A DNA stretch of 64,000 nt, taken from assembly GCA_964057225.1 (NCBI GenBank), contig CAXKVF010000074.1, positions 248,001-312,000 on the forward strand, written 5' to 3'. Both the position numbers and the translations under genes were made by a program. This DNA is from Auanema rhodensis. Taxonomy: Eukaryota > Animalia > Nematoda. Below the pieces are notes generated by a model, which had not been told where the DNA came from, ran no database searches, and saw only the letters and a list, made by a program, of their open reading frames with translations. Numbering within the stretch: position 1 is the first letter of the stretch; the number at the start of each line of letters is the position of its first letter. Shown here piece by piece: positions 53,001 to 64,000 of the stretch.

Positions 53001-56000
53001 AGTCTAAAAACAAATTTTTATTGATATTGGTGCATGGTAACCATGACTTTGAAATTTACGTGAACTTTAATTTATGCTAATTAAATGTACACGTGATGTG
53101 CACTTGGTATGTAACTCGCTTCACGTGAAAGATAAAGAGATGCGGTTTTCAAAATTAGATTCCCCATGTCCATATTAGTCTAAAAACAAATTTTTATTGA
53201 TATTGGTGCATGGTAACCATGACTTTGAAATTTACGTGAACTTTAATTTATGCTAATTAAATGTACACGTGATGTGCACTTGGTATGTAACTCGCTTCAC
53301 GTGAAAGATAAAGAGATGCGGTTTTCAAAATTAGATTCCCCATGTCCATATTAGTCTTAAAACAAATTTTTATTGATATTGGTGCATGGTAACCATGACT
53401 TTGAAATTTACGTGAACTTTAATTTATGCTAATTAAATGTACACGTGATGTGCACTTGGTATGTAACTCGCTTCACGTGAAAGATAAAGAGATGCGGTTT
53501 TCAAAATTAGATTCCCCATGTCCATATTAGTCTAAAAACAAATTTTTATTGATATTGGTGCATGGTAACCATGACTTTGAAATTTACGTGAACTTTAATT
53601 TATGCTAATTAAATGTACACGTGATGTGCACTTGGTATGTAACTCGCTTCACGTGAAAGATAAAGAGATGCGGTTTTCAAAATTAGATTCCCCATGTCCA
53701 TATTAGTCTAAAAACAAATTTTTATTGATATTGGTTCATGGTAACCATGACTTTGAAATTTACGTGAACTTTAATTAATGCTAATTAAATGTACACGTGA
53801 TGTGCACTTGGTTTGTAACTCGCTTCACGTGAAAGATAAAGAGATCCGGTTTTCAAAATTAGATTCCCCATGTCCATATTAGTCTAAAAACAAATTTTTA
53901 TTGATATTGCTTCATGGTAACCATGACTTTGAAATTTACGTGAACTTTAATTTATGCTAATTAAATGTACACGTGATGTGCACTTGGTATGTAACTCGCT
54001 TCACGTGAAAGATAAAGAGATGCGGTTTTCAAAATTAGATTTCCCATGTCCATATTAGTCTAAAAACAAATTTTTATTGATATTGGTTCATGGTAACCAT
54101 AACTTTGAATTTTACGTGAACTTTAATTTATGCTAATTAAATGTACACGTGATGTGCACTTGGTATGTAACTCGCTTCACGTGAAAGATAAAGAAATGCG
54201 GTTTTCAAAATTAGATTCCCCATGTCCATATTAGTCTAAAAACAAATTTTTATTGATATTGGTTCATGGTAACCATGACTTTGAAATTTACGTGAACTTT
54301 AATTTATGCTAATTAAATGTACACGTGATGTGCACTTGGTATGTAACTCGCTTCACGTGAAAGATAAAGAGATGCGGTTTTCAAAATTAGATTCCCTATG
54401 TCCATATTAGTCTAAAAACAAATTTTTATTGATATTGCTTCATGGTAACCATGACTTTGAAATTTACGTGAACTTTAATTTATGCTAATTAAATGTACAC
54501 GTGATGTGCACTTGGTATGTAACTCGCTTCACGTGAAAGATAAAAAGATGCGGTTTTCAAAATTAGATTCTTCATGTCCATATTAGTCTAAAAACAAATT
54601 TTTATTGATATTGGTGCATGGTAACCATGACTTTGAAATTTACGTGAACTTTAATTTATGCTAATTAAATGTACACGTGATGTGCACTTGGTATGTAACT
54701 CGCTTCACGTGAAAGATGAAGAGATGCGGTTTTCAAAATTAGATTCCCCATGTCCATATTAGTCTAAAAACAAATTTTTATTGATATTGGTTCATGGTAA
54801 CCATGACTTTGAAATTTACGTGAACTTTCATTTATGCTAATTAAATGTACACGTGATGTGCACTTGGTTTGTAACTCGCTTCACGTGAAAGATAAAGAGA
54901 TGCGGTTTTCAAAATTAGATTCCCCATGTCCATATTAGTCTAAAAACAAATTTTTATTGATATTGGTGCATGGTAACCATGACTTTAAAATTTACGTGAA
55001 CTTTAATTTATGCTAATTAAATGTACACGTGATGTGCACTTGGTATGTAACTCGCTTCTCGTGAAAGATAAAGAGATGCGGTTTTCAAAATTAGATTCCC
55101 CATGTCCATATTAGTCTAAAAACAAATTTTTATTGATATTGGTTCATGGTAACCATGACTTTGAAATTTACGTGAACTTTAATTTATGCCAATTAAATGT
55201 ACACGTGATGTGCACTTGGTATGTAACTCGCTTCACGTGAAAGATAAAGAGATGCGGTTTTCAAAATTAGATTCCCCATGTCCATATTAGTCTAAAAACA
55301 AATTTTTATTGATATTGGTGCATGGTAACCATGACTTTGAAATTTACGTGAACTTTAATTTATGCTAATTAAATGTACACGTGATGTGCACTTGGTATGT
55401 AACTCGCTTCACGTGAAAGATGAAGAGATGCGGTTTTCAAAATTAGATTCCCCATGTCCATATTAGTCTAAAAACAAATTTTTATTGATATTGGTGCATG
55501 GTAACCATGACTTTGAAATTTACGTGAACTTTAATTTATGCTAATTAAATGTACACGTGATGTGCACTTGGTATGCAACTCGCTTCACGTGAAAGATAAA
55601 GAGATGCGGTTTTCAAAATTAGATTCCCCATGTCCATATTAGTCTAAAAACAAATTTTTATTGATATTGGTGCATGGTAACCATGACTTTGAAATTTACG
55701 TGAACTTCAATTTATGCTAATTAAATGTACACGTGATGTGCACTTGGTATGTAACTCGCTTCACGTGAAAGATAAAGAGATGCGGTTTTCAAAATTAGAT
55801 TCTCCATGTCCATATTAGTCTAAAAACAAATTTTTATTGATATTGGTTCATGGTAACCATGACTTTGAAATTTACGTGAACTTTAATTTATGCTAATTAA
55901 ATGTACACGTGATGTGCACTTGGTATGTAACTCGCTTCACGTGAAAGATAAAGAGATGCGGTTTTCAAAATTAGATTCCCCATGTCCATATTAGTCTAAA

Positions 56001-59000
56001 AACAAATTTTTATTGATATTGGTGCATGGTAACCATGACTTTGAAATTTACGTGAACTTTAATTTATGCTAATTAAATGTACACGTGATGTGCACTTGGT
56101 ATGTAACTCGCTTCACGTGAAAGATGAAGAGATGCCGTTTTCAAAATTAGATTCCCCATGTCCATATTAGTCTAAAAACAAATTTTTATTGATATTGGTG
56201 CATGGTAACCATGACTTTGAAATTTACGTGAACTTTAATTTATGCTAATTAAATGTACACGTGATGTGCACTTGGTATGTAACTCGCTTCACGTGAAAGA
56301 TGAAGAGATGCGGTTTTCAAAATTAGATTCCCCATGTCCATATTAGTCTAAAAACAAATTTTTATTGATATTGGTGCATGGTAACCATGACTTTGAAATT
56401 TACGTGAACTTTAATTTATGCTAATTAAATGTACACGTGATGTGCACTTGGTATGTAACTCGTTTCACGTGAAAGATAAAGAGATGAGGTTTTCAAAATT
56501 AGATTCCCCATGTCCATATTAGTCTAAAAACAAATTTTTATTGATATTGGTGCATGGTAACCATGACTTTGAAATTTACGTGAACTTTAATTTATGCTAA
56601 TTAAATGTACACGTGATGTGCACTTGGTATGTAACTCGCTTCACGTGAAAGATAAAGAGATGCGGTTTTCAAAATTAGATTCCCCATGTCCATATTAGTC
56701 TAAAAACAAATTTTTATTGATATTGGTGCATGGTAACCATGACTTTGAAATTTACGTGAACTTTAATTTATGCTAATTAAATGTACACGTGATGTGCACT
56801 TGGTATGTAACTCGCTTCACGTGAAAGATGAAGAGATGCCGTTTTCAAAATTAGATTCCCCATGTCCATATTAGTCTAAAAACAAATTTTTATTGATATT
56901 GGTGCATGGTAACCATGACTTTGAAATTTACGTGAACTTTAATTTATGCTAATTAAATGCACACGTGATGTGCACTTGGTATGTAACTCGCTTCACGTGA
57001 AAGATAAAGAGATGCGGTTTTCAAAATTAGATTCCCCATGTCCATATTAGTCTAAAAACAAATTTTTATTGATATTGGTTCATGGTAACCATGACTTTGA
57101 AATTTACGTGAACTTTAATTTATGCTAATTAAATGTACACGTGATGTGCACTTGGTATGTAACTCGCTTCACGTGAAAGATAAAGAGATGCGGTTTTCAA
57201 AATTAGATTCCCCATGTCCATATTAGTCTAAAAACAAATTTTTATTGATATTGGTGCATGGTAACCATGACTTTGAAATTTACGTGAACTTTAATTTATG
57301 CTAATTAAATGTACACGTGATGTGCACTTGGTATGTAACTCGCTTCACGTGAAAGATAAAGAGATGCGGTTTTCAAAATTAGATTCCCCATGTCCATATT
57401 AGTCTAAAAACAAATTTTTATTGATATTGGTGCATGGTAACCATGACTTTGAAATTTACGTGAACTTTAATTTATGCTAATTAAATGTACACGTGATGTG
57501 CACTTGGTATGTAACTCGCTTCACGTGAAAGATGAAGAGATGCCGTTTTCAAAATTAGATTCCCCATGTCCATATTAGTCTAAAAACAAATTTTTATTGA
57601 TATTGGTGCATGGTAACCATGACTTTGAAATTTACGTGAACTTTAATTTATGCTAATTAAATGTACACGTGATGTGCACTTGGTATGTAACTCGCTTCAC
57701 GTGAAAGATAAAGAGATGCGGTTTTCAAAATTAGATTCCCCATGTCCATATTAGTCTAAAAACAAATTTTTATTGATATTGGTGCATGGTAACCATGACT
57801 TTGAAATTTACGTGAACTTTAATTTATGCTAATTAAATGTACACGTGATGTGCACTTGGTATGTAACTCGCTTCACGTGAAAGATAAAGAGATGCGGTTT
57901 TCAAAATTAGATTCCCCATGTCCATATTAGTCTTAAAACAAATTTTTATTGATATTGGTGCATGGTAACCATGACTTTGAAATTTACGTGAACTTTAATT
58001 TATGCTAATTAAATGTACACGTGATGTGCACTTGGTATGCAACTCGCTTCACGTGAAAGATAAAGAGATGCGGTTTTCAAAATTAGATTCCCCATGTCCA
58101 TATTAGTCTAAAAACAAATTTTTATTGATATTGATGCATGGTAACCATGACTTTGAAATTTACGTGAACTTTAATTTATGCTAATTAAATGTACACGTGA
58201 TGTGCACTTGGTATGTAACTCGCTTCACGTGAAAGATGAAGAGATGCGGTTTTCAAAATTAGATTCCTCATGTCCATATTAGTCTAAAAACAAATTTTTA
58301 TTGATATTGGTTCATGGTAACCATGACTTTGAAATTTACGTGAACTTTAATTTATGCTAATTAAATGTACACGTGATGTGCACTTGGTATGTAACTCGTT
58401 TCACGTGAAAGATAAAGAGATGAGGTTTTCAAAATTAGATTCCCCATGTCCATATTAGTCTAAAAACAAATTTTTATTGATATTGGTGCATGGTAACCAT
58501 GACTTTGAAATTTACGTGAACTTTAATTTATGCTAATTAAATGTACACGTGATGTGCACTTGGTATGTAACTCGCTTCACGTGAAAGATAAAGAGATGCG
58601 GTTTTCAAAATTAGATTCCCCATGTCCATATTAGTCTAAAAACAAATTTTTATTGATATTGGTGCATGGTAACCATGACTTTGAAATTTACGTGAACTTT
58701 AATTTATGCTAATTAAATGTACACGTGATGTGCACTTGGTATGTAACTCGCTTCACGTGAAAGATGAAGAGATGCCGTTTTCAAAATTAGATTCCCCATG
58801 TCCATATTAGTCTAAAAACAAATTTTTATTGATATTGGTGCATGGTAACCATGACTTTGAAATTTACGTGAACTTTAATTTATGCTAATTAAATGTACAC
58901 GTGATGTGCACTTGGTATGTAACTCGCTTCACGTGAAAGATAAAGAGATGCGGTTTTCAAAATTAGATTCCCCATGTCCATATTAGTCTAAAAACAAATT

Positions 59001-62000
59001 TTTATTGATATTGGTGCATGGTAACCATGACTTTGAAATTTACGTGAACTTTAATTTATGCTAATTAAATGTACACGTGATGTGCACTTGGTATGTAACT
59101 CGCTTCACGTGAAAGATGAAGAGATGCCGTTTTCAAAATTAGATTCCCCATGTCCATATTAGTCTAAAAACAAATTTTTATTGATATTGGTGCATGGTAA
59201 CCATGACTTTGAAATTTACGTGAACTTTAATTTATGCTAATTAAATGCACACGTGATGTGCACTTGGTATGTAACTCGCTTCACGTGAAAGATAAAGAGA
59301 TGCGGTTTTCAAAATTAGATTCCCCATGTCCATATTAGTCTAAAAACAAATTTTTATTGATATTGGTTCATGGTAACCATGACTTTGAAATTTACGTGAA
59401 CTTTAATTTATGCTAATTAAATGTACACGTGATGTGCACTTGGTATGTAACTCGCTTCACGTGAAAGATAAAGAGATGCGGTTTTCAAAATTAGATTCCC
59501 CATGTCCATATTAGTCTAAAAACAAATTTTTATTGATATTGGTGCATGGTAACCATGACTTTGAAATTTACGTGAACTTTAATTTATGCTAATTAAATGT
59601 ACACGTGATGTGCACTTGGTATGTAACTCGCTTCACGTGAAAGATAAAGAGATGCGGTTTTCAAAATTAGATTCCCCATGTCCATATTAGTCTAAAAACA
59701 AATTTTTATTGATATTGGTGCATGGTAACCATGACTTTGAAATTTACGTGAACTTTAATTTATGCTAATTAAATGTACACGTGATGTGCACTTGGTATGT
59801 AACTCGCTTCACGTGAAAGATGAAGAGATGCCGTTTTCAAAATTAGATTCCCCATGTCCATATTAGTCTAAAAACAAATTTTTATTGATATTGGTGCATG
59901 GTAACCATGACTTTGAAATTTACGTGAACTTTAATTTATGCTAATTAAATGTACACGTGATGTGCACTTGGTATGTAACTCGCTTCACGTGAAAGATAAA
60001 GAGATGCGGTTTTCAAAATTAGATTCCCCATGTCCATATTAGTCTAAAAACAAATTTTTATTGATATTGGTGCATGGTAACCATGACTTTGAAATTTACG
60101 TGAACTTTAATTTATGCTAATTAAATGTACACGTGATGTGCACTTGGTATGTAACTCGCTTCACGTGAAAGATAAAGAGATGCGGTTTTCAAAATTAGAT
60201 TCCCCATGTCCATATTAGTCTTAAAACAAATTTTTATTGATATTGGTGCATGGTAACCATGACTTTGAAATTTACGTGAACTTTAATTTATGCTAATTAA
60301 ATGTACACGTGATGTGCACTTGGTATGCAACTCGCTTCACGTGAAAGATAAAGAGATGCGGTTTTCAAAATTAGATTCCCCATGTCCATATTAGTCTAAA
60401 AACAAATTTTTATTGATATTGATGCATGGTAACCATGACTTTGAAATTTACGTGAACTTTAATTTATGCTAATTAAATGTACACGTGATGTGCACTTGGT
60501 ATGTAACTCGCTTCACGTGAAAGATGAAGAGATGCGGTTTTCAAAATTAGATTCCTCATGTCCATATTAGTCTAAAAACAAATTTTTATTGATATTGGTT
60601 CATGGTAACCATGACTTTGAAATTTACGTGAACTTTAATTTATGCTAATTAAATGTACACGTGATGTGCACTTGGTATGTAACTCGTTTCACGTGAAAGA
60701 TAAAGAGATGAGGTTTTCAAAATTAGATTCCCCATGTCCATATTAGTCTAAAAACAAATTTTTATTGATATTGGTGCATGGTAACCATGACTTTGAAATT
60801 TACGTGAACTTTAATTTATGCTAATTAAATGTACACGTGATGTGCACTTGGTATGTAACTCGCTTCACGTGAAAGATAAAGAGATGCGGTTTTCAAAATT
60901 AGATTCCCCATGTCCATATTAGTCTAAAAACAAATTTTTATTGATATTGGTGCATGGTAACCATGACTTTGAAATTTACGTGAACTTTAATTTATGCTAA
61001 TTAAATGTACACGTGATGTGCACTTGGTATGTAACTCGCTTCACGTGAAAGATGAAGAGATGCCGTTTTCAAAATTAGATTCCCCATGTCCATATTAGTC
61101 TAAAAACAAATTTTTATTGATATTGGTGCATGGTAACCATGACTTTGAAATTTACGTGAACTTTAATTTATGCTAATTAAATGTACACGTGATGTGCACT
61201 TGGTATGTAACTCGCTTCACGTGAAAGATAAAGAGATGCGGTTTTCAAAATTAGATTCCCCATGTCCATATTAGTCTAAAAACAAATTTTTATTGATATT
61301 GGTTCATGGTAACCATGACTTTGAAATTTACGTGAACTTTAATTTATGCTAATTAAATGTACACGTGATGTGCACTTGGTATGTAACTCGCTTCACGTGA
61401 AAGATAAAGAGATGCGGTTTTCAAAATTAGATTCCCCATGTCCATATTAGTCTAAAAACAAATTTTTATTGATATTGGTGCATGGTAACCATGACTTTGA
61501 AATTTACGTGAACTTTAATTTATGCTAATTAAATGTACACGTGATGTGCACTTGGTATGTAACTCGCTTCACGTGAAAGATAAAGAGATGCGGTTTTCAA
61601 AATTAGATTCCCCATGTCCATATTAGTCTAAAAACAAATTTTTATTGATATTGGTGCATGGTAACCATGACTTTGAAATTTACGTGAACTTTAATTTATG
61701 CTAATTAAATGTACACGTGATGTGCACTTGGTATGTAACTCGCTTCACGTGAAAGATAAAGAGATGCGGTTTTCAAAATTAGATTCCCCATGTCCATATT
61801 AGTCTTAAAACAAATTTTTATTGATATTGGTGCATGGTAACCATGACTTTGAAATTTACGTGAACTTTAATTTATGCTAATTAAATGTACACGTGATGTG
61901 CACTTGGTATGTAACTCGCTTCACGTGAAAGATAAAGAGATGCGGTTTTCAAAATTAGATTCCCCATGTCCATATTAGTCTAAAAACAAAATTTTATTGA

Positions 62001-64000
62001 TATTGGTGCATGGTAACCATGACTTTGAAATTTACGTGAACTTTAATTTATGCTAATTAAATGTACACGTGATGTGCACTTGGTATGTAACTCGCTTCAC
62101 GTGAAAGATAAAGAGATGCGGTTTTCAAAATTAGATTCCCCATGTCCATATTAGTCTAAAAACAAATTTTTATTGATATTGGTTCATGGTAACCATGACT
62201 TTGAAATTTACGTGAACTTTAATTAATGCTAATTAAATGTACACGTGATGTGCACTTGGTTTGTAACTCGCTTCACGTGAAAGATAAAGAGATCCGGTTT
62301 TCAAAATTAGATTCCCCATGTCCATATTAGTCTAAAAACAAATTTTTATTGATATTGTTTCATGGTAACCATGACTTTGAAATTTACGTGAACTTTAATT
62401 TATGCTAATTAAATGTACACGTGATGTGCACTTGGTATGTAACTCGCTTCACGTGAAAGATAAAGAGATGCGGTTTTCAAAATTAGATTTCCCATGTCCA
62501 TATTAGTCTAAAAACAAATTTTTATTGATATTGGTTCATGGTAACCATAACTTTGAATTTTACGTGAACTTTAATTTATGCTAATTAAATGTACACGTGA
62601 TGTGCACTTGGTATGTAACTCGCTTCACGTGAAAGATAAAGAAATGCGGTTTTCAAAATTAGATTCCCCATGTCCATATTAGTCTAAAAACAAATTTTTA
62701 TTGATATTGGTTCATGGTAACCATGACTTTGAAATTTACGTGAACTTTAATTTATGCTAATTAAATGTACACGTGATGTGCACTTGGTATGTAACTCGCT
62801 TCACGTGAAAGATAAAGAGATGCGGTTTTCAAAATTAGATTCCCCATGTCCATATTAGTCTAAAAACAAATTTTTATTGATATTGCTTCATGGTAACCAT
62901 GACTTTGAAATTTACGTGAACTTTAATTTATGCTAATTAAATGTACACGTGATGTGCACTTGGTATGTAACTCGCTTCACGTGAAAGATAAAAAGATGCG
63001 GTTTTCAAAATTAGATTCCCCATGTCCATATTAGTCTAAAAACAAATTTTTATTGATATTGGTGCATGGTAACCATGACTTTGAAATTTACGTGAACTTT
63101 AATTTATGCTAATTAAATGTACACGTGATGTGCACTTGGTATGTAACTCGCTTCACGTGAAAGATGAAGAGATGCGGTTTTCAAAATTAGATTCCCCATG
63201 TCCATATTAGTCTAAAAACAAATTTTTATTGATATTGGTTCATGGTAACCATGACTTTGAAATTTACGTGAACTTTCATTTATGCTAATTAAATGTACAC
63301 GTGATGTGCACTTGGTATGTAACTCGCTTCACGTGAAAGATAAAGAGATGCGGTTTTCAAAATTAGATTCCCCATGTCCATATTAGTCTAAAAACAAATT
63401 TTTATTGATATTGGTGCATGGTAACCATGACTTTAAAATTTACGTGAACTTTAATTTATGCTAATTAAATGTACACGTGATGTGCACTTGGTATGTAACT
63501 CGCTTCTCGTGAAAGATAAAGAGATGCGGTTTTCAAAATTAGATTCCCCATGTCCATATTAGTCTAAAAACAAATTTTTATTGATATTGGTTCATGGTAA
63601 CCATGACTTTGAAATTTACGTGAACTTTAATTTATGCCAATTAAATGTACACGTGATGTGCACTTGGTATGTAACTCGCTTCACGTGAAAGATAAAGAGA
63701 TGCGGTTTTCAAAATTAGATTCCCCATGTCCATATTAGTCTAAAAACAAATTTTTATTGATATTAATGCATGGTAACCATGACTTTGAAATTTACGTGAA
63801 CTTTAATTTATGCTAATTAAATGTACACGTGATGTGCACTTGGTATGTAACTCGCTTCACGTGAAAGATGAAGAGATGCGGTTTTCAAAATTAGATTCCC
63901 CATGTCCATATTAGTCTAAAAACAAATTTTTATTGATATTGGTGCATGGTAACCATGACTTTGAAATTTACGTGAACTTTAATTTATGCTAATTAAATGT
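41093..64000 (+). repeat. 176-bp satellite array, forward orientation (about 130 monomers, runs off the window)
   Basis: Resumes at monomer position 18; monomer starts at 41252 and every 176 bp thereafter. Confidence 0.99.

Noticed and set aside
1-64000. CRISPR array
   Set aside because: Monomers are full-length near-identical 176-bp tandem units with no unique spacers, and there are no cas genes

Overview
Eukaryotic heterochromatin-like window made almost entirely of one highly homogeneous, AT-rich 176-bp tandem satellite (about 315 monomers, phase conserved, only point variants). The array is interrupted once, at 4308-12794, by a minus-strand Ty3/Gypsy (Metaviridae-like) LTR retroelement. 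It keeps its 5' LTR and a tRNA-Gln primer-binding site but is truncated inside integrase, so the 3' LTR is missing. The most notable feature is the element's single 2159-aa ORF with the order Gag - internal signal peptide - herpesvirus-gB-like (class III) membrane glycoprotein - TM - protease - RT - RNase H, followed by a frameshifted integrase. The env-like fusogen therefore sits between gag and pol in one polyprotein. The satellite changes orientation twice (about 22298 and about 41076-41093), with templated micro-insertions at both junctions. Diagnostic variants show that the 18.8-kb inverted block is largely a mirror copy of 50-64 kb. One inversion breakpoint and the LTR junction fall on the same monomer position (TGTA^CACGTG). 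The host cannot be determined; an invertebrate, possibly a nematode, is an inference only.
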